DNA of 64,000 nucleotides from a virus (IMGVR_UViG_3300003872_000001:1-64000); one strand, 5' to 3'; counted from the first letter of the stretch, positions 40,125 to 51,437 are shown. Numbers and translations: made by a program. Notes: generated by a model not told the origin, from the letters alone.

Positions 40125-42311
40125 ATGAATGCAATTTTTGCGAAAATGATAGACGAAGTTGCACCGAAAGTTAATAAGAAGATAACTGATGGTGTTAATG
40201 CAGACATACTTAAACTATGTCCTACCTATATTAATAGCATAATTATGTCTGGTATGCGGTCTATAAATACAGATATACCATTAGTGTACCACGGGTGGCG
40301 CAGGTTGACACCTAAAGAAGAATTTGAAAAAATATATTCTGGTAAAAATAATAGAGTGAATTATGATATAGCTATAAGTTATTTATATGTTATCGAATTA
40401 AGATTTTCTTATAGAGGTGAACCAATTGTAAGACATATGTATCTTCCTTATGCCTCAGAAGGTAATATTATGAAAATATCTAGCACGCCATATAATATTG
40501 TATCTATTATGTCAGATACAGTAATATCACCAACGCATAAAAATATCTTTGTAAGATTGCATAGAGCTAAATTGATATTTGAAAAGACCGATAGAAATTT
40601 CTTATTAAATAATATTAAAACTCCAGGTCAAATTATCTATTCTGATATATACAAAACAAATAATAGGAATATTGAAGATAAGTTAGGTACTGTAGTGCCA
40701 CCCGTATGTCTTTATATATTAGGATTTTATGGACTAGTTAGATCTCTTGAAAAATATGCAAGTGTAAAAGGTGTGCAAGTATTAACAGGTGATGCTAACT
40801 ATTTAATGGAAACACATAGAGTATATGCGTCTACTAAATTAAAACCTAAAGATCTAAATGAAAGTTATTATACTGGTCATGATTTGAAAATAGCTATACC
40901 TAATGCTGCTATAGATAATAGTAATAGAGATTTTATAGATAATTTTGTATTTAGTATTATGTATACTATAGATATATTTCCAGATGATAGTGCCGATGAT
41001 TTAGTTTATGTAATCAATTCTAATGATCTAAAAAGTGAAAAGTTATTTTGGAGAGTTCTATTAGGTAAGATAGTATTTAAGAATAGTTTTTCTATAGATA
41101 AGATTATAGCTGATATTAATGATCATTTTACAACGCTTAATAGTTATATAGACGCATTACTTAAAACAAAGTTAGAAGAGTCGGGTGTGGTTATAGATAA
41201 CTTTTTTGATTTAATAGCTATCATTGTAAGTAATTATAATGGCTGGATAATCAACAGTAAACTTTATAATAGTGATCTCAATAATCGTTATATTGATGTT
41301 TTGTATTACTTAATGTACGATATAGTAATTTCTGTTAATAAAGCTTTATTCGATATTAATAGGAAATATAATAAGAATAAAAAAGATCTGTCATTTTTAG
41401 AGATAAATAAGATCTTATCAGACATTGGTCTCAGAAAAATTTTTTCGATTTTATCAGGTTCGATTTTGTCTAAATAAAATAAATAAAAAAATAGGTAGTG
41501 ATATACCTTATTTAGACAAGAGCCCTTCACAGTAGCGATATTGTGATTGCATCTATCTAATTGCGGGAAATCCTTAAAGCCAACAAGTACGACTTATACA
41601 TAGAAATATAGTATAATACCTATGGAGTAATGTTTCCAATAGGCATCGTAAAAACCTTGTAGGATATGTAGGTAATCGACGCAGCGAAGCACCTTAAACA
41701 GTGAGAACTATCTACTTGATGTAGAGTGTGTGAGTTCAACGACTATCCCTGACGGGAGTAGCGCCAAGTGGTGGGGTATGATCCCCTTAAAGACGAAATG
41801 GTAGACATCTCTAGTAGATGATGATATAGTCTATTCTAGTATGAGAGTACTAGCTGATTGGTTATACTTATGACATAAAGTATTATAAATAAACCAATCG
41901 TGGTTAGAGTAACGATCTAATCAGAATACCAAGGGACTTAACTTATGTCTTATGCCGGGTGGCGATTCTTCACCTGATATTAAATACCCAAAAATAACTA
42001 GCGTGTTATTAGATCAGAGTAATGGCGTGGGTGTTAAAAGAGCTAAAACATCTAGCTTACCAGAAAGTATGAGGTTTATTAGAGGTACAGATCTTTATGT
42101 TGGTTCTATTCTATTCCTACTTAAGAGTTCTAATAGTCCGCGTTATAAGAAAAATATTTATATGGATTATAATGAAAATACTGGTAGGGTTATAATGTCT
42201 AATGACATGGTACATATTACAACTAAATTAGATAAATTATTAACAAGTAAAATAGGGAGAGAAATTGTTAAAATCAATGTGCTCGGAGAAGAAGAAGAAG
42301 TGGATGACTGA
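40125..42311 (+). CDS. Non-virion RNA polymerase beta subunit, N-terminal part (phiKZ gp123-like), spliced: exons 40125-41459 and 41934-42311, ~570 aa
   Basis: YDIAIS..MYLPY..DTVISP..IFVRL.RAKL.F in exon 1; GD..KITS.L.DQ in exon 2; both exons in the same frame. Confidence 0.85.
41460..41933 (+). ncRNA. Group I intron (474 nt, no ORF) in the gp123-like RNAP gene
   Basis: Same P/Q/R/S core as the dnaB intron; P1 GGT|TC..GAGCC with U-G pair; TATTC/GAATA P9.0-like pairing places the terminal G at 41933 (alternative 41924). Confidence 0.88.
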
Positions 42312-42492
42312 AGTAAAATTAGTACGAAGTATTTTACATAATATTAGTACTGGTTGTGATAGAAGTGATCCTAGTTCGTATGAACGTATAGTTACAAGTC
42401 GTAAATTATTACAAATGAATAATAGCAAGCTTATAGATGAGTTATTAAAAATGGATAATCCAGAGGATTTCTTAAAATTGATTCTAGAGTAG
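42304..42492 (+). CDS. Small hypothetical protein
   Basis: ATG overlapping the stop of the preceding exon. Confidence 0.45.
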   Translation: MTEVKLVRSILHNISTGCDRSDPSSYERIVTSRKLLQMNNSKLIDELLKMDNPEDFLKLILE

Positions 42493-42497
42493 ATGAA

Positions 42498-42536
42498 TTG
42501 ATTCTAGAAAGAATCAAGTATATAATATTAAAATAG
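42498..42536 (+). promoter_or_regulatory. Putative early promoter
   Basis: TTGATTCT-AGAA-AGAATCAA then GTATATAATATTAAAATAG. Confidence 0.7.
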
Positions 42537-42578
42537 TGTGTAATGCGCAAACACATCAAATATATAAAAGGAAAAAAC

Positions 42579-43928
42579 ATGTATAGAAATATGAATCAAC
42601 AACAGCCGGCATATCCTGTTGAGCAACAAATTATGAGTGCATCGCCACAATCATTACCACAGGCAAATGCAGTTCAGTACGCACAACCAAACATGTCATT
42701 GCAACAACTACAGCAACAACAACAGTATCAAATGATGCAACAAGCTCAGGCTATGCAACAAGCTCAGGCTATGCAAAATCAAATTATGCAGCAACCAGCT
42801 CCACTACAAGGTTTTGGTACACCAGTTACCAATGTAATGCCTATGCCAGAATCTCCAATAGTACAAGCTACAAATAGATTTAGTCAAAATGTTGAAGTAG
42901 CAAAAGAAATGGCGACACCCGCTCAAGTACAAGGAACACCATGTACAACACAGCAACCAGCGCCTCCTACGAATAATGTTTCAGAAATAAAAATATACCC
43001 AATGCTAGGAAATGAATTTGAGCCACTAACAACAGAAAATATTCTAGTTGAAAAACAAGTACAGGGTGATAATTATAAATACGCTATTATGGGTAAACTT
43101 GATGATACTATTTTGAAATCAAAAGAGTTTGCTGCGGATGAAATCATTCCGATGGATGATCCAATAACACGTAGGTTATCTAGAACCCTATTGGTATATA
43201 AAATGAAAAATAAAGTAGAAACTGAATCTATAGATGCAACATTTCAAACAGTTAGTCTGTTAGAATATTTACCAATAACTGATGATAGATTTTTATTAAA
43301 TGGTATGATTGCTTCTACTAATAATTTAAGTGAATTAGCAAGTACACTATTGGTTAAATATCGAGGTGTTGATTCAGAAGAAGATAAAATTTATCTTGAA
43401 GCAGTAAATGAGTATCTTACAAAGGCTGTTATGTTAGTAATTAAACTATGTTTAAACGAAACAGAAAAGATTAGTTCGTTTATGGACGATTATAAACTAC
43501 TATTAGATACTTATGAAAATGCATTTATTAAGATGCCGGGTGTGGCTAAGCGATATAAATTTAGCTTAGAAAGCATCTTTACTGACCTGCAAGCATCTAT
43601 GGATATATACAATATAATGAATGAGGATTTAGCAGAAGAGGAACCTACTACTTCTTTTAAAAATTTTAAAAGAGGTATCATAATAGACCCAGTTGTAATT
43701 ATGGTTTTAAATACCAATTCACAGTTAGTAAAGGCAACAAATATACTTTCTGTATTTAAAGATATGGAAGGAGTTAAAGCTATACGTGAAGATGTACTAC
43801 CTACATTACATCGCTTAATAGATCAAGCATATGAAACTGGTTATACTAAATTGGTCCTGATCGTAGGTGATGCTACTTTCATTGTTAAACGAACAGTATC
43901 AGACTACTTCACTATAAGTAAACTATGA
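42579..43928 (+). CDS. Hypothetical protein with Q/P-rich N-terminal region
   Basis: AAGGA RBS before ATG 42579; poly-Q and QQAQAM repeats. Confidence 0.7.
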   Translation: MYRNMNQQQPAYPVEQQIMSASPQSLPQANAVQYAQPNMSLQQLQQQQQYQMMQQAQAMQQAQAMQNQIMQQPAPLQGFGTPVTNVMPMPESPIVQATNRFSQNVEVAKEMATPAQVQGTPCTTQQPAPPTNNVSEIKIYPMLGNEFEPLTTENILVEKQVQGDNYKYAIMGKLDDTILKSKEFAADEIIPMDDPITRRLSRTLLVYKMKNKVETESIDATFQTVSLLEYLPITDDRFLLNGMIASTNNLSELASTLLVKYRGVDSEEDKIYLEAVNEYLTKAVMLVIKLCLNETEKISSFMDDYKLLLDTYENAFIKMPGVAKRYKFSLESIFTDLQASMDIYNIMNEDLAEEEPTTSFKNFKRGIIIDPVVIMVLNTNSQLVKATNILSVFKDMEGVKAIREDVLPTLHRLIDQAYETGYTKLVLIVGDATFIVKRTVSDYFTISKL

Positions 43929-43930
43929 TA

Positions 43931-43962
43931 TATCACTAGTAGCATATTAGCTACTAGTGATA
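43931..43962. terminator. Bidirectional hairpin terminator (TAGTAGC family)
   Basis: TATCACTAGTAGC-N6-GCTACTAGTGATA between convergent genes. Confidence 0.75.
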
Positions 43963-44046
43963 ATTTAAGCAACTATTAAGAAGAAGTTTTTTTATTTTTT
44001 TAAAAAATTAATAGCTGTAAGCGTATATACATCTAAACAAATACCG

Positions 44047-46686
44047 TTAAACCGTGAGATCATCTTCTGTATCGCCGCTATCATCACCTGTGTCACCATC
44101 ACCACTATCACCGGTATCTGTATTGTCATCATCACTAGCATCACCAGCATCAGTAGTATCATCCGGAATATCACCTTCAGGATCTCCTTCATCTTCTCCG
44201 CCGGTATTGTCCTCATTGGTATCATCTGCTGTGCCATCTCCTTCCTCATCAATTTTATCTAATTTCTTATTTACGTCTTTAACAAATTTACCTGTCTTCT
44301 TAAAGAATGGTATAAGTAGTTCACTAAGAATACTAGTGTAATCTTGATATTCATCTAATAAATCAAATTTAATTTTACCTTCTTCATTCCTGGTCATAAA
44401 CTCAGTTATTTCAGGAAAATAGTTATTATCAACCATCCATTTCTTAATTAATATAGTTTTCATAACTACTTTAATACCATCTATCTTACCGCTCATATCA
44501 CCTATAAGTTCATCTGGCAAAGCGTCACTGCTCATAACTAAATCTAGATAGTCATCTAGTGCACTACTATAGTCCCCGAATAGATCTTTCACATTAGTAT
44601 TATCAGTAACTTCTGGTTTAGGTAAACTAACATTTAAATTATCGATATATTCTTTGGTAAGATAGTCCACAATAATATCTTTTTTATTTTCCAATCCTAA
44701 TTGAGCTATATCTGATTTAAAATTTTTTATTAGTTTGGTGTAGTTACTCTCTATCAAACCTTTTATTTTATTATAAATTCTAGGATCATTATAAATAATC
44801 TTTCTAGTATAAGATTGAACTTGTGGTATCAATATATTTTGTAACTGCATAACACGCTTAGACAGTAATATATTCTTTGCAACTACTGTTGTAGCGAAAT
44901 CTGGATCGTATCCACTTTTAACTAATTCTTGTGTTAAACCAAATGACATAATAATATGTTCTTGTATCATATTATCTAATTCGTCATCTGGGATTACTTT
45001 ACTTGTATTAGTGTCTGTAGTTGTTATATCCATAGCTGGTAGACGTGGGTGTTTAAATTTAAACACAAAACCTACCTTATGTGCCCAATCAACTAGGTCG
45101 TCGATTTTAGTAACTCCTAGAGGCAATTGTGTTTGTCTAGTTTTCATAGCTTCAGAAATTATTTTTTCTTTAGTACCATCTGGATCGATATCATCGTCAT
45201 CCAACTCAGCAGAAACTTCAGTAGTAGTGGTACTATTTTTTATATTCGCCATTAGTTTAGTAAATAGAATAATACTTCTTATACTAAATAGCATAGTTAC
45301 TTTTTCCAGCATGCTTTTACCAGTACCATTATCTCTATAATCAAATGCGAAATATTCTAATAGTTGTTTTGGAATATATAATAATTTAGTTTTCTTACCA
45401 TCTAAAGCACGGAATAACATAGTTTCATATATATCGTCAGCATCACTTAAAGTAGCTAATGATCCATACACTCCAGTTTCTAATCGTTTTTTAAGTTTAT
45501 TTTCAATTAGAGTATTATAAATTTTTTTAATATCTTTTAATTTAGGATCTTTCTTTATAATACCTTTTAAAGCTTTTTGTGTCTTCTTTATAATATCCAA
45601 TTTATTATCAGTACTACCACTATTTAGAGATCCATTTAACACTTCAGTATTAGATAAAGCTTTCTGTGTATTTTTTAGAGGAGCACCATTATCGTCAAGC
45701 ATAATAAAATATCCCAAATGATCAGTATTATCATTAACACTATGCACCGGGATAATAGATTCAGGAGATAATTTAAGTATAAGTGGTTTACCTACATTTT
45801 CTCTAATAGTTTCATCAGAAGTTTTAACTTCAAGATAAGTAGCCTCTTTATATGAAGTTGTTCTAAATAGGCTATCCAGGCCCATTTTATTTTCCAATTT
45901 CTTCATTTTTTCTTTTACACTCATATCGACATTTGCTTCTGTGCTAATATTAAATATATCATCGATTTTACTATTAACTTTACGCTTAAATACTTCATTT
46001 GCTACTAGACATGTATAGTCATCTGTGATGTCCAATACATCATTTTCTAAATATTCTAATTTTATTTCTTCATTACCAAACGTATAAGATTCAGTGGATA
46101 ATTTATCAGACGCACTACCTAATAATCCTTTACTCTTTTCTGATTTTTGAATATATTTAGCCACATCCATATCTTCATGTGATGCATATATATCGCTGTT
46201 TATGATTTCATCTAATGCAGATTCTGGTATGATGGCCTCGGCGTAACAACCTTTAGTAAATAATGCTTCTCTTATAATAGTTGGTAATTTAGCATTTATG
46301 TCATATTCTTTTAACATGAATGTTTCGATTTCATTTAGGATAGTATTATTTATATCTATTGGTATGTTCAATTCTGGCTTAACATATCTTAATTTACTTT
46401 CAAGCATGTCATTAGGTGCCAGTATACTAGAAGTTAATATTTGTATCGATAGCTCAACATCCGGAAATAATTGTGTGATATCTTCATTATTCTTGATTCT
46501 ATCAAGTACACTATTTCCTATATCACTAATATTACTAGCGTTATTACCCATATTGTAACCAGAACTTTTTCCTGGTTGTGTTAATTTACTGAATACAGCT
46601 TCAGCTTCAGCATTTTTCATAATATACTTTGGTATTTTAGCAGTTGGTTTTTTCATTATAGCTCCATTCATTTTAAGGATATTCAT
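44047..46686 (-). CDS. Portal protein (phiKZ gp129-like)
   Basis: QLFPDVELSIQIL.SSILAPNDM, ALFTKG.Y..IIPE, ESIIPVH..HLGYF, YFAFDY..GTGKS; acidic C-tail; head-to-head with a gp128-like gene. Confidence 0.75.
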   Translation of the reverse strand: MNILKMNGAIMKKPTAKIPKYIMKNAEAEAVFSKLTQPGKSSGYNMGNNASNISDIGNSVLDRIKNNEDITQLFPDVELSIQILTSSILAPNDMLESKLRYVKPELNIPIDINNTILNEIETFMLKEYDINAKLPTIIREALFTKGCYAEAIIPESALDEIINSDIYASHEDMDVAKYIQKSEKSKGLLGSASDKLSTESYTFGNEEIKLEYLENDVLDITDDYTCLVANEVFKRKVNSKIDDIFNISTEANVDMSVKEKMKKLENKMGLDSLFRTTSYKEATYLEVKTSDETIRENVGKPLILKLSPESIIPVHSVNDNTDHLGYFIMLDDNGAPLKNTQKALSNTEVLNGSLNSGSTDNKLDIIKKTQKALKGIIKKDPKLKDIKKIYNTLIENKLKKRLETGVYGSLATLSDADDIYETMLFRALDGKKTKLLYIPKQLLEYFAFDYRDNGTGKSMLEKVTMLFSIRSIILFTKLMANIKNSTTTTEVSAELDDDDIDPDGTKEKIISEAMKTRQTQLPLGVTKIDDLVDWAHKVGFVFKFKHPRLPAMDITTTDTNTSKVIPDDELDNMIQEHIIMSFGLTQELVKSGYDPDFATTVVAKNILLSKRVMQLQNILIPQVQSYTRKIIYNDPRIYNKIKGLIESNYTKLIKNFKSDIAQLGLENKKDIIVDYLTKEYIDNLNVSLPKPEVTDNTNVKDLFGDYSSALDDYLDLVMSSDALPDELIGDMSGKIDGIKVVMKTILIKKWMVDNNYFPEITEFMTRNEEGKIKFDLLDEYQDYTSILSELLIPFFKKTGKFVKDVNKKLDKIDEEGDGTADDTNEDNTGGEDEGDPEGDIPDDTTDAGDASDDDNTDTGDSGDGDTGDDSGDTEDDLTV

Positions 46687-49200
46687 ATGTATACATTACA
46701 GCAATACGTAGATGACAATATAGTATTGGCCAAATCTATGGTCATAAAATTAACCGATATAGGTGAGCAAATAAACAATAGTTTAAAAGCTTTATTCAAT
46801 ATAGATATACCCTCAGATAAACATGACTGGAAATATTTTTTAAACCTTTCTGGTCAGCCACATTCTACTAATAGTAGAGATATTAAAATAAACATATTAG
46901 AACTAAATCAGATAAGACCATTTAATATAGACACATTAGATAAATACCCAGACACAAGAGCTTCTCTTACAGGATTTAGTAACTATTATAATGAATTAAT
47001 ATATAAGTATCCTAATGATATAGCATATATAAATGGTTGTATAAACCCTGTTAATATCGATGTAGCTATATCAGCCCCAGAAGGTACTATCTTAACTTAT
47101 GATGATACACTTGTTGAGGAACAAGAATTATCGATAATTAGGAAATTAGAAAAATTCATTATAGATTATCTTGCAAGATGGCATCTTAAAAATTATATGG
47201 TCTGCGATGAACTTTATATGTCATCTATGTTAGCTACCTTATATGGTGCGATACCTAATAAGTTAATGAATATAAGATTAGCCAATGCTAGATCTAATGA
47301 AGCTCATAGCTTCCATGTAGAACATTATTTTAGGTCAAATTTTAATTTATGGGATGATGTGCAAGTATTGAATAAAGAGTCACTCTGGTGGCTTTATAAC
47401 AATCTAGATTACATCATCAAACATGGAGGTAGAGAGAGCACAACTGATCTTATATTAAATAAAATTTTTAATGTAAATAATATTGGCGTCGGCAGGATTA
47501 TGTTAGGTTTCCAAGATGCTACACTTAAGAAATCTCCTACACTAGATGAATCAGTTTATAATAATTCTACTAGCAATATTATTTCTATAAAAGCAAATGA
47601 CAGTTACTTTATGAACAATAACAAAACTAGAAGTATTCAAACTTTTATAGACACACAATTAGCTAGTAAACAAATAACATCTGACTTATTTAAAAATGAT
47701 CCATTTTACACTGATATATTTAAAGAAAAACTAAATGGTAAAAATGATGTATTAGAAAATACAAAAACATTTGATATTAATCCAGTAGTTTTATTAGATA
47801 TATACGGATTAGATCTTTTTGAAACCATTGTTGATACATGGGCACATAAAGCTTATAATGACCAATATTTAGCTTTACAATATTTTACCGACCCTAACAC
47901 TAACGCGAGGTATACTTTATCGCCTAAGCAAGGTTTCTTAGTATTGATTAAAATGATCGCTATGTTATATGGTGACACTAATACGACTATAGATGATTAC
48001 TATTATAATAATGTGATATCACCTTCTTATGATAAGTCTACATTAATAAATAATTTATTTACTACAGAAGATTTATCAGATATAGCAGACGTTATATTAG
48101 CTAATGTTCCTAATACAGTATTTATTTCCACTAACACTAAGTTTACTACTTATATTAATGATATATTAAAACTTTTTGTAACGGTTAAACTCATTGATTC
48201 TAATATAGAAGATTTATCCATTTCTACGGATATAAAAGCAATTGCAAATCGCTTAGCACAACGTGGAGTTATAAGTATATCCAAAGGTAAGACGATAGAT
48301 GAATTACTAATGGCAGAAGGTATAAATATAAGTATGCCTGGGATATACAATCCTAAGTTAACTATTGCTGAACTACTATTAGTCTTTACAGGTATGAATG
48401 TCGACATATATCAAAAGTTTACAGATATTAATGACCACTATATATCAATATTCAATAAGTTAACATCTTATACAACACAGATAAATTATACGTCAGATGG
48501 TGCTAAATCGTTATATTCTGAATATACTACTATGTCTGTTAACCATATCACTAAAGGTGTGATAACAACTGAAGCAGCACATGGCTTCCCGTTGGAACAA
48601 GAAAAAACTATAGTTAAAGGTATGGGTAATAACTTTAAAGATAGGTTAGATGGGTTCATACTAGATAATACAGATAATATATTTGTATATGATGTATGTG
48701 GGATAACCGGCATATGTGAAATATATTCTATGCAAAAGGATATACTGGCAGAAGTAACTCAGCCTAATGTTTATGTGGAAGTACTTAGAAATTGTATACC
48801 GTATTATAGCCCTAGTGTTGATGTTGAGTCTAATACATTTAAAGAAGAAATATCTTATAAATGGATAGATAATACAGAAGGATTACACTATGCTAATTGC
48901 AAAATAGGAGGGTTAGTAATTATTGATCAGCAACAGAAAAATTTAGTAGGCAATGTAACAGAACCTAATGTAATAGGTGAAGTTCTACAAGAATGTATAC
49001 CGTATTATAGTCCAGAGATAGTATCTGCAGCTAACGACTTTAAAGACAGTACCCATGGAAAAATAGTTAATACTAATACTATTAAAAATGTATCTAAAGT
49101 TGTTATAGATCCAGTTATAGCGTATACAGGAGATAATACTACAAATCAACCTACAGGAAATGCTACTGTGCCTAATATAATTGCTCAAATAGATATTTAA
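46687..49200 (+). CDS. Virion structural protein (phiKZ gp128-like)
   Basis: LAKSMVIK, WKYFLNLSGQPH, RLANARSNEAHSFH, LWWLYNNL.YI..HGG. Confidence 0.7.
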   Translation: MYTLQQYVDDNIVLAKSMVIKLTDIGEQINNSLKALFNIDIPSDKHDWKYFLNLSGQPHSTNSRDIKINILELNQIRPFNIDTLDKYPDTRASLTGFSNYYNELIYKYPNDIAYINGCINPVNIDVAISAPEGTILTYDDTLVEEQELSIIRKLEKFIIDYLARWHLKNYMVCDELYMSSMLATLYGAIPNKLMNIRLANARSNEAHSFHVEHYFRSNFNLWDDVQVLNKESLWWLYNNLDYIIKHGGRESTTDLILNKIFNVNNIGVGRIMLGFQDATLKKSPTLDESVYNNSTSNIISIKANDSYFMNNNKTRSIQTFIDTQLASKQITSDLFKNDPFYTDIFKEKLNGKNDVLENTKTFDINPVVLLDIYGLDLFETIVDTWAHKAYNDQYLALQYFTDPNTNARYTLSPKQGFLVLIKMIAMLYGDTNTTIDDYYYNNVISPSYDKSTLINNLFTTEDLSDIADVILANVPNTVFISTNTKFTTYINDILKLFVTVKLIDSNIEDLSISTDIKAIANRLAQRGVISISKGKTIDELLMAEGINISMPGIYNPKLTIAELLLVFTGMNVDIYQKFTDINDHYISIFNKLTSYTTQINYTSDGAKSLYSEYTTMSVNHITKGVITTEAAHGFPLEQEKTIVKGMGNNFKDRLDGFILDNTDNIFVYDVCGITGICEIYSMQKDILAEVTQPNVYVEVLRNCIPYYSPSVDVESNTFKEEISYKWIDNTEGLHYANCKIGGLVIIDQQQKNLVGNVTEPNVIGEVLQECIPYYSPEIVSAANDFKDSTHGKIVNTNTIKNVSKVVIDPVIAYTGDNTTNQPTGNATVPNIIAQIDI

Positions 49201-49235
49201 CATAACTACTATTAGCCACATATGGCTAATAGTAG

Positions 49236-49892
49236 TTAAAGATTACTTCGTATCATCATAGCATGTAACATAGCTTTTACAGTATTAGTAGAAACTACAC
49301 CAGTAGCATAGTTTGCTAGTACTTTTTGACTAACAGAACCTTGGCTTATTAACAATTTAGTCATAGCATCTTTACTGCCTAAATCACCACCACGATCTTT
49401 CATAAGTTCTTGAGCACTCTCTTTAATACCCATACCAACTAATATTTGTAATTCAGGTAAAGTTAATTTGCTAGCTTTACTTTCTCCAGTAACTTGACCA
49501 GTTAATAGATCTATTGTTTTATCATCCTTAGGAATAGATATTTTTTTAGTTAAGATTTGGCTAGCACGTCTTGTTGCTATATTAAGAACTAAATATTTAT
49601 TTGGTGTAATGTAAGGATGTTTTTTAGCAAATCGTAAACGTTGAAATACTGGCTCACCTAACTCCTCTACTATTTTCATACATTTTTTAGTGTCTAATTT
49701 AATATCAGATCCATTAGGTGCAACGACAGATAATTTAATTTTTCTATCTCTTAGATCTCTCATAAAGTTATCAAAATCTTTATTAGACATATTTTTAAAT
49801 ATAAGATCTTTATATAGTTTCTTATTCTTGGTACCAGCTATCTTTTCTATATAAGTAAGTATAGTTTGTTCAGCTTTTTTTCTATCGGCCAT
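49236..49892 (-). CDS. Virion RNA polymerase small beta-like subunit (phiKZ gp149-like)
   Basis: RRASQIL.KKISIP..DLLTGQ.TG.SK.S.LTLPE.Q..RGGD, homologous to the RpoB C-terminus. Confidence 0.8.
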   Translation of the reverse strand: MADRKKAEQTILTYIEKIAGTKNKKLYKDLIFKNMSNKDFDNFMRDLRDRKIKLSVVAPNGSDIKLDTKKCMKIVEELGEPVFQRLRFAKKHPYITPNKYLVLNIATRRASQILTKKISIPKDDKTIDLLTGQVTGESKASKLTLPELQILVGMGIKESAQELMKDRGGDLGSKDAMTKLLISQGSVSQKVLANYATGVVSTNTVKAMLHAMMIRSNL

Positions 49893-49934
49893 TGGGATTC
49901 CTTATATATGATGTAATATATTACATCATATGAT

Positions 49935-50708
49935 TTAAAACATTATTGGTATACATATATTGGTAGGTGTCTTAATACCTAAGTATTTTACACGATATGT
50001 TTCACGATCAGACTGAGTTATCGTATATGTTGGAATAGGACTAGGTGTAGTGAATACGTCCTTAGGAGTACCAAGATTTAATAAACCAGCTAATTGATTC
50101 TTCTTATCTAAAACACCTACTTCTGGGGAATCTACAATTGTTTTCCATACATTATTACTACCATTACTTGCTAGTCCGTGCATAGTTACAACTTGGTGTT
50201 TATTAGATATGTCCTCTTTAACTGTAGGTAATTTAAATATAGTTTCTAAAGGAAGAACGGCATCACTTGCTTCTTCATTCATAATACTACCACCACCAAC
50301 TCTATAACCCCACACATCATAACTATTACCCTTTAAGTTTTGATCTATATATTCAAGTTCAGGTATGAGTATAATATCCATATACACTTTATCATAATAT
50401 GCACGCATATAGTTATTAGTAACAGATGATGTAAATGATGTTAGAAATATAAATCTGTAATCTTTATTCTTTTTATAATAATTAGTATCAACAATGGTAT
50501 TATTAGCGTCTTTACGACTTAAAACTAAAGGTGAATAAGTACTTGTTTTTACTTCTCTTCTGCTTATTAATGTATCACTAATGCTCATTAACGGTAAGGT
50601 CTCTTTAATAGTGATAACTAAGTTATTTCCTGTTAACGTTTGTTTTTTGCTTTCACTAACAGCTAACTCTACTTTACGTGTCTGAAAGTCTGGTTTTTTA
50701 TATATCAT
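49935..50708 (-). CDS. Hypothetical protein
   Basis: 257-aa ORF with AAGGA RBS. Confidence 0.6.
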   Translation of the reverse strand: MIYKKPDFQTRKVELAVSESKKQTLTGNNLVITIKETLPLMSISDTLISRREVKTSTYSPLVLSRKDANNTIVDTNYYKKNKDYRFIFLTSFTSSVTNNYMRAYYDKVYMDIILIPELEYIDQNLKGNSYDVWGYRVGGGSIMNEEASDAVLPLETIFKLPTVKEDISNKHQVVTMHGLASNGSNNVWKTIVDSPEVGVLDKKNQLAGLLNLGTPKDVFTTPSPIPTYTITQSDRETYRVKYLGIKTPTNICIPIMF

Positions 50709-50727
50709 CTATTTATCCTTCAATTTT

Positions 50728-51120
50728 TTAAATATCAAGAAAAATGTTATTAGTTATAAAGTATGGTAAAACTATTTCTTTCATAAGAGTAACCCAGTCT
50801 TCAATGTAACCATCATTTGCAATAAACGGCAATACGTTATTTATAATATTACCACTAACACTTCTGTACACTAATAACTCGGTTATAAATAATCTATTTA
50901 TAATTATCCTCTGCACTACTTGGTTCTTATTATAGATTGATTTAATATCAGGATTATTCAAAAACTTTTTACTGTGGTCTTTATTAGTAGTTGCTATATG
51001 GTCAGCTATTAGCTTAACCAAATTAATATCTCCCGATGCTCTGGGTTCATTATATAAATCCATAACATTAACTATTGGTATTGGTTTTTCTTTCTTTTTT
51101 GTAACTTTATTAACACTCAT
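50728..51120 (-). CDS. Hypothetical protein
   Basis: AGGAG RBS, operon context. Confidence 0.6.
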   Translation of the reverse strand: MSVNKVTKKKEKPIPIVNVMDLYNEPRASGDINLVKLIADHIATTNKDHSKKFLNNPDIKSIYNKNQVVQRIIINRLFITELLVYRSVSGNIINNVLPFIANDGYIEDWVTLMKEIVLPYFITNNIFLDI

Positions 51121-51436
51121 AAGTATCTCCTAATTTAGTATTTTCTTTTAGCCAATTGAAATGTCTAATAACTTCAAAATTCTTATGCTTAGCGGCTATC
51201 TCATGCATAATAGTTATTATATTTTTATATTTAGCATCGGTAGCTAATTTATTAACTACTTTAATTTCTGCACTCTGTATTAAAGGTCTAGTAGTTTCGG
51301 TTTGTGTCACACCACTCATGTGAAAACATAGTCTTTCTAAATAGTAAAAGTAAGTCTCTATTAAGGTATCATCCTTAACATTTAAATTGAATTTTAACCA
51401 TTCCGGATCCATTGTACACCAATTCTTAAGCTTCAT
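51110..51436 (-). CDS. Hypothetical protein
   Basis: ATG 51436 immediately after the dUTPase stop. Confidence 0.5.
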   Translation of the reverse strand: MKLKNWCTMDPEWLKFNLNVKDDTLIETYFYYLERLCFHMSGVTQTETTRPLIQSAEIKVVNKLATDAKYKNIITIMHEIAAKHKNFEVIRHFNWLKENTKLGDTYEC

Positions 51437-51437
51437 T

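Noticed and set aside
41921-41925. 3' splice site at G41924
   Set aside because: Also in frame, but GAATA that follows pairs with TATTC after P7 and aligns with the intron-internal GAATA of the twin, favouring G41933
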